Shown: positions 39,416 through 49,303, counted from the first letter of the stretch. The stretch is DNA of 64,000 bases from Faecousia sp. (GCA_045646265.1 JAZRKL010000139.1:12707-76706), one strand, 5' to 3'. Numbers and translations: made by a program. The notes: generated from the letters alone by a model not told the origin.

Positions 39416-40333
39416 TCACACAATTTCCTTCAGGATCCGGCGGGCAATCTCCTCGCCGTTCATACCGTAGATCTTCCGCAGGTGTTCCTGATTGCCCACC
39501 ACGGAGCAATAGGCATTTTCCATGCCGATGCGCAGCAGCCGGGCCTTACCGGACTGCTCTGCCAGCACCTCGGCAACAGCGGTTCCCAAACCACCCTGGA
39601 TGTTGTGCTCTTCGCAGGTCACAATCAGTTCATACTCCCGGGCGCATTCCAGAACGGTCTTCTCGTCCATGGGCATGATGGTCGGGAAGGTATAAACAGC
39701 AGGCTCGATTCCATCCCGGGCCAGCAGCTTCACTGCCAGAGCCACTTCCTGATAAATACCACCGGTGGAGAAGATCGCCACCCGGCTGCCCCGTTGGACA
39801 GGAATGGCCTTTCCAACTTCAAAATTCTCAATTTTCTCCCGAACCACAGGCTCACCGCCACGGCCCAGACGAATGTAACAGGTTCCCGGGCATGCCACGG
39901 CAGCTTTTGCCACCTCCGCTGCTTCCACCTTGTCCGCAGGGGAGAACACCGTCACACCGGGAAGACTCCGCATCACGGAGATATCCTCCGTGGCATGATG
40001 GCTCATGCCCAGAGAGCCGTAGACGAAGCCGCCGCCCACACAAACGATCTTGACGTTTGCTCCATGGTAGGCGCAGTCATTGCGGATCTGCTCCAGGCAG
40101 CGCATAGTGGGGAAATTGCCGATGGAGTAGACGAACACCGTCTTGCCCTCCAGTGCCATTCCGGCAGCCATGGAGGTCATATTCTGCTCGGCGATGCCGG
40201 CATTGATAAACTGATCCGGAAGTGCTTCCCAGAATGGCCGCAGCACTCCAAAGCCCAGATCGCCGGTAACCAGTTCAATATTTTTGTCCTCTTTTGCCAG
40301 TTCCAGCAGGGAACGCACAAAACTGTCTCTCAT
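39416..40333 (-). CDS. Transketolase-like protein, C-terminal subunit
   Basis: GIAEQNM, G.SHHATED, YIRLGR, EEH. Confidence 0.9.
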   Translation of the reverse strand: MRDSFVRSLLELAKEDKNIELVTGDLGFGVLRPFWEALPDQFINAGIAEQNMTSMAAGMALEGKTVFVYSIGNFPTMRCLEQIRNDCAYHGANVKIVCVGGGFVYGSLGMSHHATEDISVMRSLPGVTVFSPADKVEAAEVAKAAVACPGTCYIRLGRGGEPVVREKIENFEVGKAIPVQRGSRVAIFSTGGIYQEVALAVKLLARDGIEPAVYTFPTIMPMDEKTVLECAREYELIVTCEEHNIQGGLGTAVAEVLAEQSGKARLLRIGMENAYCSVVGNQEHLRKIYGMNGEEIARRILKEIV

Positions 40334-41274
40334 TTTTCTACCTCCTGCAGCCGGAACCAGGTGGGATGATAAGTCTCAGCCGTGGTATGATCCCATTTGG
40401 TATCCGCATCCGGACCGGGAAGCACAGGCTCCGCAATGCCGTCGGGGGTGTAGGGATCTTCGACACCTGCCGGTTTGCATGCATGCAGTGCGGTTACCGC
40501 ACCGTCATACTCCCAGCCATCGTGGGGGAACCGGTAGTGCCACAGGATATCCTTTTCCATAAAGGGGATCCGGTTGCCCTTAACGGTATGGGCAACAATC
40601 ACGGTCGGCAATCCGCTGTCATTGGGTGCCAGCGCTGCTCTGAGCGCGTCATGGTCGTGACCGTTCAGTTCAATGACATTCCATCCAAAACCGCGCCATT
40701 TCTCAGCCATAGGTCCGCTGTAAAGGGTCCGGTCGCAGTAATCCATACTCTGCATATGATTGTGATCCACAATCGCCACCAGATTATTCAGGCCAAAATT
40801 CACGGCCACCTGGGCAGCCTCCCAGACTGAGCCTTCATTGCACTCACCGTCACCCAGCACGGTAAAGACCCTGTGGGTTTTTCCGTCCTGTTTAGCTGCG
40901 ACGGCCATACCTACGGCCACGCCCAAACCGTGACCCAAAGAACCTGTGGACAGATCCACACCGGGTACCGCGTGGGAAACATGGCCGGAAAGCCGGCTGT
41001 CGTTCTGATAATAGGTCAGCAGTTCCTCCACAGGGAAAAAGCCGCACTCCGCCAGGGCAGCATACAGCGCAGCGCCCGCGTGTCCCTTACTGAGAATAAA
41101 GCGGTCCCTTCCCTCCCATTTGGGCTGCTGGGGGCGATAATGAAGCACATCCGCATACAGCACTGCCATAATATCCGCAACAGAAAGTACCGCGCCAATA
41201 TGGCTGCCACCGGATACATGGGTCATTTCCACATCATGCCGGCAGATCAGCCAGGCCAACTGTTCACTCGTCAT
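40330..41274 (-). CDS. Transketolase-like protein, N-terminal TPP-binding subunit
   Basis: DRFILSKGH, TGSLGHG, GDGECNEG. Confidence 0.9.
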   Translation of the reverse strand: MTSEQLAWLICRHDVEMTHVSGGSHIGAVLSVADIMAVLYADVLHYRPQQPKWEGRDRFILSKGHAGAALYAALAECGFFPVEELLTYYQNDSRLSGHVSHAVPGVDLSTGSLGHGLGVAVGMAVAAKQDGKTHRVFTVLGDGECNEGSVWEAAQVAVNFGLNNLVAIVDHNHMQSMDYCDRTLYSGPMAEKWRGFGWNVIELNGHDHDALRAALAPNDSGLPTVIVAHTVKGNRIPFMEKDILWHYRFPHDGWEYDGAVTALHACKPAGVEDPYTPDGIAEPVLPGPDADTKWDHTTAETYHPTWFRLQEVEK

Positions 41275-41302
41275 GGTTCATCACATCTCTTTTTCTGTAT
41301 TT

Positions 41303-42238
41303 TTACCGGGAAATCTCGTCCAACTGCGCAAGTTCAGCAGGATTCAGCTTTGCGTTCATGGTTTTCGCTGTTTCCATGATCTGCGCAGGGCGCTTTGCGC
41401 CGCAAAGCACCACACTGCCCGGAAGATAGTCCAAAATAAAGCGCACAGCCGCCGCACTGACAGGGATCTCATGGTTTTTCGCGACCTTTTTCAGGCACTC
41501 CACGATCTCCAGATTCTTCAGCAGCTTTTCGCCGTAAAAATTCGCATAAACATCTCTTGACCTGCGGTCATCACTGCCAAAGGTCACATGTTTATCATAT
41601 TTTCCCGTGAGGATTCCCTGTCCCAGGCTGCCCCAGGTCATCGGGGTCATTTCCAGTCTTTGGGACAGTTCCAGAATTTCCTGTTCAAAATCTCTGCAGG
41701 CCAGAGAATACTGATTTTGGAAGGACAGGAACTTTCCTTTGCAGCTTTCCAGCTCCGGAATATCCGCGCTGCGAAGATTGGATAATCCAAAGTACCGGAT
41801 CTTTCCTTCGCCGCGAAGAGTCTCCAAAGTCTCCAGCACAGCTTCGATGTGTGTCACGCCATCCCGGTAGTGGACCTGATAAACGTCAATATGATCTGTG
41901 CCCAACCGTGTCAGGCTGCTCTCGCAGGCCTGCCGGATCCACTGGGGAGAATTATCATAAAAGGTTTTGCCGTTTTCCACCCGGACACCAAACTTCGTGG
42001 CAATCACCGCATCCTTGCGTCTGCTGCCCAGGGCCTTTCCCAAAGTACGTTCCGATTGTCCCAAGCCGTATGTATCCGCGGTATCAAAGAAATTGATTCC
42101 GATGTCCAGGGCTGCATTCACCGCATCCAAAAGTTCGTTCTCCTGAACCTGTCCCCAGCCGTAGCCGCCCATAGGGCAGCCGCCCATACACAATCTGGAA
42201 ACCCGAAGCTCTGAATTTTGTAATGTAATATACTCCAT
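41303..42238 (-). CDS. Aldo/keto reductase
   Basis: FDTADTYG, IATKFG, GKIRYFGLSN. Confidence 0.9.
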   Translation of the reverse strand: MEYITLQNSELRVSRLCMGGCPMGGYGWGQVQENELLDAVNAALDIGINFFDTADTYGLGQSERTLGKALGSRRKDAVIATKFGVRVENGKTFYDNSPQWIRQACESSLTRLGTDHIDVYQVHYRDGVTHIEAVLETLETLRGEGKIRYFGLSNLRSADIPELESCKGKFLSFQNQYSLACRDFEQEILELSQRLEMTPMTWGSLGQGILTGKYDKHVTFGSDDRRSRDVYANFYGEKLLKNLEIVECLKKVAKNHEIPVSAAAVRFILDYLPGSVVLCGAKRPAQIMETAKTMNAKLNPAELAQLDEISR

Positions 42239-42239
42239 G

Positions 42240-42920
42240 TTACCTGTGTTCCTTCTTAAAAATAAAACCTACGGCTTTTGACAGCACGGCTTTCACTGTT
42301 TTCCATACGATCAATACATCGGTTTTCAGCGATACCGTCCGGGCATACCGGACTCTCAGGGCATTTTTCTTTGCGAGAACGTATTTTTCATACATCTCGT
42401 CCGCATTCTGCTCTCCGACGATCTCATCCAGATTAATAAACTCCACAGAGCTGTAGTCTGTAATGCCCGGGCGAACCTGCAGAATATCCAGTTCCTCGCC
42501 GGTATACTGCTCCACATACCGTATCAGCTCCGGTCTGGGACCCACGAGACTCATTTTTCCCAGGAATACCTGAAAGAGCTGCGGGATTTCATCCAGCTTT
42601 GTCTTTCGAAGGAAATTGCCCACCTTTGTGATCCGGGGATCGTGGAAGGAGGTGGTGCCGCCACCGATCTGATCCGCGTTTTTTACCATGGTGCGGAATT
42701 TGCAGATCCGGAAGCTGCGCCCCCGGTAGCCGCCCCGCTCCGCCCGGTACAACACCGGAAAACCATCTTCCACAGCGATCAGCGCACCAATGATCAGGTA
42801 AAAGGGCCACAGAATCAGAATTGCCGCACCGGAAACACAGATATCCAGCACCCGCTTCACAAAACGGTTGTATATTCCATTATATGCCGCCTTTTTTTCA
42901 CAACTGACCGTGTTCTGCAT
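42240..42920 (-). CDS. Priming sugar (phospho)transferase
   Basis: KFRTM, DPRITKVG.FLRKTKLDEIPQ, MSLVGPRPE. Confidence 0.92.
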   Translation of the reverse strand: MQNTVSCEKKAAYNGIYNRFVKRVLDICVSGAAILILWPFYLIIGALIAVEDGFPVLYRAERGGYRGRSFRICKFRTMVKNADQIGGGTTSFHDPRITKVGNFLRKTKLDEIPQLFQVFLGKMSLVGPRPELIRYVEQYTGEELDILQVRPGITDYSSVEFINLDEIVGEQNADEMYEKYVLAKKNALRVRYARTVSLKTDVLIVWKTVKAVLSKAVGFIFKKEHR

Positions 42921-43003
42921 ACTATCTGCCCCTTTTCTGCCTCTTCTTTCCATGTTGTGACATCCTTTGGATGTCCTTCCCGGCCCGTTTTTACGGGCCG
43001 TGC

Positions 43004-44407
43004 TTATTTTTTCTTCACACCGTATCCGTAACCGTAACCATAGCCGTAGCCGTACCCATATCCGTATCCGGAAGAGAAGCCACGGCGCACATTATTCAAA
43101 ACGCATCCGATGATCGGCAGGTTACAGTCGCTCAAGCGACCGATGCCATCCAGGATCTGTTCCTTGGACGCAAAGTCCTGACGGATGACAATCACACCGC
43201 TATCTGCCAAATCGGCAATCTCTGCCGCGTCTGTCAGCAAAGAGCAGGGCGGTGTATCCAGGATCACATAGTCAAACAGATTCTTTGCGGCCTGGATCAA
43301 ACGGTGGGTCCGCTCCCGGGCCAGCAACTCAGCAGAATTGTTTTTCGCTCCGGCGCCTCCGGCAATCACATAGAGGTTGCCGATCTGTGTCTGGGTTACC
43401 ACATCCCGAACGGTCACCTTCCCCTGCAGATAATCCGCCAGAGAATGCTGCGCCGTCATTTGAAGTGCCTTTGCTACAGAAGGATTCCGGAGATCGCAGT
43501 CAATCAGAACCACTTTCTTTCCTTTTTTGGCCAAGGAAACCGCCAAATTCACAGACACCGTTGTTTTTCCCTCGCCGGGCACCGCGCTTGAGATCAGCAA
43601 TACCTTGCGCTGCTTTTCCGCCATGTGCTTTTCCACCCGCAGCCGCAGAAGACGAATCGACTCAGAGAAACCGGGCTGATTTTTATTTCTGCCAATCATA
43701 GGGCAGGACGCATTGCGGGGCAGCTTTACAAAGGGTACCTGACCAATGCAGGGCGTATTGAGGACCTTTCTCAGTTCCTCTTCATTGTGGATGGTATTTC
43801 TGGAAAGCACGATCAATGCAAGGATCGCCGCCCATGCCAAAGCGCCAAACACAGCGCCCTTTACCGCAGCACCCTTCAGATCCATAGTATTATTGGGATA
43901 TGCAGGCACACCGCTTTCATCCAGCAGAATCAGCACCGTTGCACCCACCACAAACTCCGCAATTTCCGGATAATAGGTGATCACAGCATTCAGCACATCG
44001 TAGGCCCTCTGTCCGTCGGAATCCGTGACCTTCATTGTAATAATATTGGTTCCGGCATTGGTGGTAACAGCGACACTGGGCATATAGGAAATGCCCAAAT
44101 GCTCCTTCACCCGTTCCTGCAGCACACCGCTGGTCAGGATATAGGGAAAGGTCTTTGCCATTTGCTCCGCGGTTTTGGCATTATAGCTGCTGACGCCGGA
44201 ATAGACAGGATTCGCCACCCGGACAGTAAAGGATGCGGAAGCAGTATAACTGGGAGAATAGGACGTATATTGGCGGACAGCCATAACGCCTCCTGCTAAC
44301 AAAACCAGAATCAGCAGCCAAGCGATTCTGCGCTTTGCTTCCTTCAGAAAGCTATCCAGCAGCACAAACAGGTCCAGCTTCTGTTCTTCTTTTTCTTGAA
44401 ATTCCAT
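43004..44407 (-). CDS. Wzc-like fused chain-length regulator / BY tyrosine kinase, paralog 1
   Basis: Two TM helices, PGEGKTT, IDCDLR, DTPP, C-terminal (GY)7 cluster. Confidence 0.9.
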   Translation of the reverse strand: MEFQEKEEQKLDLFVLLDSFLKEAKRRIAWLLILVLLAGGVMAVRQYTSYSPSYTASASFTVRVANPVYSGVSSYNAKTAEQMAKTFPYILTSGVLQERVKEHLGISYMPSVAVTTNAGTNIITMKVTDSDGQRAYDVLNAVITYYPEIAEFVVGATVLILLDESGVPAYPNNTMDLKGAAVKGAVFGALAWAAILALIVLSRNTIHNEEELRKVLNTPCIGQVPFVKLPRNASCPMIGRNKNQPGFSESIRLLRLRVEKHMAEKQRKVLLISSAVPGEGKTTVSVNLAVSLAKKGKKVVLIDCDLRNPSVAKALQMTAQHSLADYLQGKVTVRDVVTQTQIGNLYVIAGGAGAKNNSAELLARERTHRLIQAAKNLFDYVILDTPPCSLLTDAAEIADLADSGVIVIRQDFASKEQILDGIGRLSDCNLPIIGCVLNNVRRGFSSGYGYGYGYGYGYGYGYGVKKK

Positions 44408-44422
44408 AACAGCAACCTTTCC

Positions 44423-45868
44423 TTATTCTTCGGTGCCACCAGCGCCGTAATTTCCGTAATGACCGTAGTGGCCATACTTACCGTATCCATACCCGTAGCC
44501 GTATCCCCTTCCGGCAGTCAGCGCAACGGACATTACATCATTGAGGACACAGCCCAGAAGCTTCGCATTTCCACCGGCTAAGGTATCCAATGCTTTATTC
44601 ACGGCATTGGCATTGGCAAAATTCTGCCGCACCACCAGAAGGCTGGCATCAGCAAAGGCCGTAATGCCCTCCGCATCGGAAACCTCACCCATAGGAGGAA
44701 GATCCAATACCACAAAGTCAAATTCCGCTCTTGCCCACTGCAGCAAGCCTGCCATGGCACCGGAGGCCACAAAATCACCGGAATCGGTGTTGCCGTGCTT
44801 CTCCAGAAGCAGATACAGGCCACTCTTTCCGTCCTGGACGATCGCGTCATTGACCGCTACCTGGTCGGACAACACATTGCGAACACCATAGGCGACATTT
44901 TTCTGCTCCAACAGTACGTGGCAGGCAGGCTTACGCAGATCGCAATCGATCAGCAGAACCTTCTCATGCTTCTGAGCCATTGCCAGCGCAAGGTTTACCG
45001 CGATGGTAGACTTTCCTTCGTTTTCCAGCAGGCTTGTCACCATCAGGACCTTGCCGCCGTGCATATGCTGCTCCACTCTGCGGCGCAGTTTGCGCATAGT
45101 TTCCACAAAACGGAAGCTGGTCACAGGACTTGTAATAAGAATGCTGGTCTTCTTGCGGTGTATTCTGGAGAGCAGTGTCTTATACTTGTTCTCATGGGGT
45201 ATCTCACCCAAAAAGTTGCAATCCAGTTTTGCTCGGGCTTCCTTTCCGCTGCGGACCGTGTTTCTGGAGTAGGATATCATTGCCAGCAGTACGCACGCTG
45301 CTACAGCTGCATACAGCATTGCCCGCTTCATCTGTCCGGAAGCATTGGGATAGTTGACAGGACCGTAAGGCACAACAGGATTTTGCAGGACCTCCAAGGT
45401 AATACTGTCCAGCACCTGATATGTCACCGTTTCATGGTGTTCAATGATCGCCTGTGCCACAGTGAAGGCCGTCCGGGGATCCGGGGCCGTGACCGTCACA
45501 GTCAAAAGATTCGTCTCCGGAATCACAGCCGCATTGATGGTACCAGCAAAGGAAGTTTCTCCGATCTGCTCCAGAATTGCCTTTCGCATAATCGAGCTGT
45601 TCAGCAGTTCCGAAAACACAGAAGCCAGGCTGGATGCAGAGGTCAGGTTACTGTACACCGTAGTAGAAGAGCTATGGGTGGTAACTACATAGGTAGTTGT
45701 GGTCCGGTAGACGGGGGTATAGGACTCATCCGCATGGATATAAACCGCCACACCCACGATCAGCGCTGCCAGCAGGATCAAAAGCCACCGTTTTGCCACA
45801 TCCCGCAGCAGCACGACAGGATGAAAGGGCAGAAATCCCCCTGCATACTTTTCACTCATATTTTCCAT
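44423..45868 (-). CDS. Wzc-like fused chain-length regulator / BY tyrosine kinase, paralog 2
   Basis: Two TM helices, ENEGKST, IDCDLR, DLPP, Tyr-rich tail. Confidence 0.9.
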   Translation of the reverse strand: MENMSEKYAGGFLPFHPVVLLRDVAKRWLLILLAALIVGVAVYIHADESYTPVYRTTTTYVVTTHSSSTTVYSNLTSASSLASVFSELLNSSIMRKAILEQIGETSFAGTINAAVIPETNLLTVTVTAPDPRTAFTVAQAIIEHHETVTYQVLDSITLEVLQNPVVPYGPVNYPNASGQMKRAMLYAAVAACVLLAMISYSRNTVRSGKEARAKLDCNFLGEIPHENKYKTLLSRIHRKKTSILITSPVTSFRFVETMRKLRRRVEQHMHGGKVLMVTSLLENEGKSTIAVNLALAMAQKHEKVLLIDCDLRKPACHVLLEQKNVAYGVRNVLSDQVAVNDAIVQDGKSGLYLLLEKHGNTDSGDFVASGAMAGLLQWARAEFDFVVLDLPPMGEVSDAEGITAFADASLLVVRQNFANANAVNKALDTLAGGNAKLLGCVLNDVMSVALTAGRGYGYGYGYGKYGHYGHYGNYGAGGTEE

Positions 45869-45873
45869 AGGCC

Positions 45874-46746
45874 TTACTCCTCCACCACAACGATCAGCTT
45901 GGAATACCCCTTGTATGTTAGGCCTTCCTCACGATTGCCGGTGTTGCGCACCGTTTGGGTAATCAGATATCCCACGCTGTAAACGCCGGGGTTCTGCGTA
46001 TCCACAGTTCCCGAAGTCTTCAGCGACATGTTATCCGCCAGTCCGTTTTTCAAGGATATGTCATCTTGTCCTACGGTGAAGCTGTCCAGATAGTCCTTTG
46101 CATGGAAATCCGCACCTACCGGCAGGTAGATCAAATAATCCGTAAGGCGCAAGGCAGCCTGATATGATCCTGCGGAATAGACCTCCACCGGCAGGATCAG
46201 CTCCACAGTATCTCCCATGGAGTTGGTGACCCGGAAGACTACCTCATGGACACCCGTATCAGAGCCTGTATTCTCAGACAAAGAGGTTGCCCGAACCCTG
46301 CGGGTAATGTCACCGTCAAAAACATCTGTCGCGTTGATATGGCCGAGCACATCCATAGAAACACCCTGCGTAAACAACAGCGGACTGTCCAGAGAGAATC
46401 TGGGACTTTCATAATCGGAATACCGCACCTGGCGGCTGATTTTCGCCACATTACCCGCCCGGTCAAAGGCAGCATAGCTGACAGAGGCATTTCCGTCAGA
46501 ATCCAGCAGACGGATCTGCTCCACCACCAGGGACGCGGTCACATCACCGTCGGTATCATCCTTTGCGGTAATACCCTGCAGCAGTGCATCCGCGGTGTCC
46601 TTTACAGATATTTGCTGAACACCGGCGCTTACATCGATCTGTGGCGCTTTTTTATCCACACGCAACCGCTTCACTGTCCGGTATCCGAAAAATGTCACCA
46701 GACACACAGCAAGAAGCGCAATGGAAATCCATGTTCTTTTTTTCAT
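45874..46746 (-). CDS. Membrane-anchored Ig-like (DUF5011-like) repeat protein
   Basis: N-terminal TM; repeated A.D..DGD.T motif; VDTQNPGVYSV.Y. Confidence 0.65.
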   Translation of the reverse strand: MKKRTWISIALLAVCLVTFFGYRTVKRLRVDKKAPQIDVSAGVQQISVKDTADALLQGITAKDDTDGDVTASLVVEQIRLLDSDGNASVSYAAFDRAGNVAKISRQVRYSDYESPRFSLDSPLLFTQGVSMDVLGHINATDVFDGDITRRVRATSLSENTGSDTGVHEVVFRVTNSMGDTVELILPVEVYSAGSYQAALRLTDYLIYLPVGADFHAKDYLDSFTVGQDDISLKNGLADNMSLKTSGTVDTQNPGVYSVGYLITQTVRNTGNREEGLTYKGYSKLIVVVEE

Positions 46747-46765
46747 ATTTGTTTCGCCTCTTTTA

Positions 46766-47509
46766 TCAAAACCACGCCGGTTCCACCGACGGAATATCTT
46801 CATTTCTTAAAATAGTTTTTGGGTTGCGAAGCAGCAAATACCGGGCGGCAACGGGAGAAAATTCCTCAGACAGCAACCCGTATACATCCCGCAGCCAGGG
46901 CGTACGCATTTTCGAAGAATGGGCATCGCTTGCAACCACCGTCGCAAATCCCCTGTCCACCAGAGAAAAAGCCATATCCTGCGCATCGCTTCCGAACCGG
47001 CCCAACAGGCTGCCCCGGTTTACCTGAAACAGACAGCCCAGTTTCTTCCATGCATTGATGCAGCCGGGATCCTGCTGAACACATTCATAACGCTCCGGAT
47101 GGGCGATCAGAGGCAGGAAGCCTGCCCGGCTGATACTCTCCAGAATATCGGTAATTTCCCGTGCTGTTGCCTGAAAAAGGAACTCAACCAGAGGATATCG
47201 GGAGCCGTTGATAGTAAACAACTGGCCCTCCTGCAAAAGCCGGGCGGTATTGGCTGTTCCCAAAATCTCCATACCGGGATAGACCCGGAGCGGGATGCCT
47301 TCATCTTCCAACACTTCCCGTAGCAGCAACCAGCCGGAGTAAACCTCCCGGGCACGGCCCTGGGCACAATGGGGTGTTGCCACCATTTCACGCACGCCGC
47401 TTTCCACTGCCAGCTGCGCCATTTTCAAGGATTCTTCCATGGAGTTGGAACCGTCATCCAGCCGGGGCAGGATGTGGCTATGCAGATCAATCATTTTCAT
47501 TGCCTCCAT
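46766..47509 (-). CDS. CpsB/CapC-family tyrosine phosphatase (PHP)
   Basis: DLHSHILP..DDG, ATPH, AHPERY, ASDAH. Confidence 0.92.
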   Translation of the reverse strand: MEAMKMIDLHSHILPRLDDGSNSMEESLKMAQLAVESGVREMVATPHCAQGRAREVYSGWLLLREVLEDEGIPLRVYPGMEILGTANTARLLQEGQLFTINGSRYPLVEFLFQATAREITDILESISRAGFLPLIAHPERYECVQQDPGCINAWKKLGCLFQVNRGSLLGRFGSDAQDMAFSLVDRGFATVVASDAHSSKMRTPWLRDVYGLLSEEFSPVAARYLLLRNPKTILRNEDIPSVEPAWF

Positions 47510-49217
47510 GGAACACCTCAGTTACGCTGCCGTAGCGGATCTCATAGCTTCGGCTGCAAAAATCCGCGTATCCGGACCGGTGGGTCACCAGAATGCAGGT
47601 ACGCACCAGACCGCTTTCCCGCAGGTTTTCCATAAGCTGACGCTCTGTGTCCATATCCAGACCCGAGGTTGCTTCATCCAGTAGCAAAACAGGCGCTTTG
47701 CGCAGCAACGCTCTTGCAATGGCAAGGCGTTGGGCCTGGCCCTCGGAGATTCCCCGTCCGCCGGCGCCAAGGACATGGTCCAGCCCTTCCGGGAACTGGC
47801 TGACGAATTCCCAGGCACAGGCAACCTTCAGCGCATGCTCCATTTCCTCCCGGGTTGCTTCCGGGGCAATGATCCGCAAATTCTGGGCAACAGTTCCCGC
47901 AAAAACGCTGTTCCCCTGAGGAACATAAGAGAAAATCTCACGGGTTCCCGCGCCAAGGGGATACTGTTTTCCGCTTTCTCCGGTCAGCATGGCAGTTCCA
48001 CTGCCGGGCTCCACAAGTCCCAGCAGCAGCCGCAGCAGGGTCGTCTTTCCCTCACCGGAGGGACCGGTAACCGCAATACACTCACCGGGTTTCGCTGTAA
48101 AATCAAAGGGATGCAGCACAGGCTCTCCGTTCTGATAGCGGAAGGACACCTGGCGCAGTGCGATCTGCACCTGCGCTTCCTCCGCAAGGCCTTCGGGTAC
48201 CTGCGCGTTCTCGGAGGGAAGCTCCTCCAACGACATAATACGGCCCGCGGAAGTGGTAATAGAAATAGATTGCTGCATCAAAGAAACCAGAGAAGAAAAC
48301 GCGCCCCGCAGCGTAGACGCAAGCTGCAGGAACATGGTCATGGAGCCGTAGCTGATCCGTCCTGCCCACAGCTGATAAACTCCCCAGCCAAAGCAGGCAG
48401 TTGTCACCGCCATGCTCACCAAAGACATGCAGGTGGACACACCGATCTGGAAAGAATGAAAGGACAGATACGCGCCCTCATACTCTCCCTGAAGCTTCTG
48501 CATCTGCCCGGCATACCGCTCCGTCGCGGAAAAGGCTTTGATGCTGGTAATATTCCGGAAGGAATCCTCCTGGAAAGACATGACCTCTCCGGTAAGCTCC
48601 TTCATAGTCAGATTTTGCTGCCGGAGCTTTGCTATCAGAAATCTGGAAACCAGCAGTGTGACAGGCGCACCGACCAAAGCGATCAGCGCCATCACCGGGT
48701 CGAAATACAGCATGATGCAGAAGGCACCCAGAAATCTGACACCGGAGGTCAGCAGACCCGGCAGAAAACCGATAATTCCATCGGAAACGATGCCGATATC
48801 CGAATTCAACCGGTGCAGCAGGTCTCCGCTGCGGTAAGGCTCCAAAGCCTCCCAGGCCGCCCGAAGGATCTTTCCGTAGGTGGCATGCTGCATTTCATTG
48901 CGGACACGCACATGCACGAAGGCACTGACCCGTGAGGAAACCGCCTGCAGCGCAAGGCCGCCCAGCATCATTCCTACCATGGCAACGGCTGCTCCGGCGA
49001 TCACATTTTTTCCGTAGCCTGTAACCGCATCGATCAGATACTTGGAAGCTACGCTGGACAGCAACGATAACCCTGTTCCCAAAAGGCCCAGAAGCATCAC
49101 AGCCAGGATCATCCAGCGGTAACGGGCAATTTTTCCCCACAGCCAGCAGTATTCCCGCTTCAACTGCCGCGGGTCCTCATTATGTAATTTTTGACCCACA
49201 GAGCGGAAAAATCCCAT
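47487..49217 (-). CDS. Fused TMD-NBD ABC exporter
   Basis: About 6 TM helices; GPSGEGKTT, ISEGQAQR, LLDEATS. Confidence 0.9.
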   Translation of the reverse strand: MGFFRSVGQKLHNEDPRQLKREYCWLWGKIARYRWMILAVMLLGLLGTGLSLLSSVASKYLIDAVTGYGKNVIAGAAVAMVGMMLGGLALQAVSSRVSAFVHVRVRNEMQHATYGKILRAAWEALEPYRSGDLLHRLNSDIGIVSDGIIGFLPGLLTSGVRFLGAFCIMLYFDPVMALIALVGAPVTLLVSRFLIAKLRQQNLTMKELTGEVMSFQEDSFRNITSIKAFSATERYAGQMQKLQGEYEGAYLSFHSFQIGVSTCMSLVSMAVTTACFGWGVYQLWAGRISYGSMTMFLQLASTLRGAFSSLVSLMQQSISITTSAGRIMSLEELPSENAQVPEGLAEEAQVQIALRQVSFRYQNGEPVLHPFDFTAKPGECIAVTGPSGEGKTTLLRLLLGLVEPGSGTAMLTGESGKQYPLGAGTREIFSYVPQGNSVFAGTVAQNLRIIAPEATREEMEHALKVACAWEFVSQFPEGLDHVLGAGGRGISEGQAQRLAIARALLRKAPVLLLDEATSGLDMDTERQLMENLRESGLVRTCILVTHRSGYADFCSRSYEIRYGSVTEVFHGGNEND

Positions 49218-49303
49218 CTTTATACTCTCTCAGTTCTTACAAAATCAAGCTATCAACTGTGCGCCTTATCAATAAGCATAAGTACCCACAGTAATTCAAC
49301 ATA

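Noticed and set aside
43018-43070. Hexamer repeat as a contingency locus
   Set aside because: Degenerate codons encoding the functional Gly-Tyr cluster, not a perfect microsatellite
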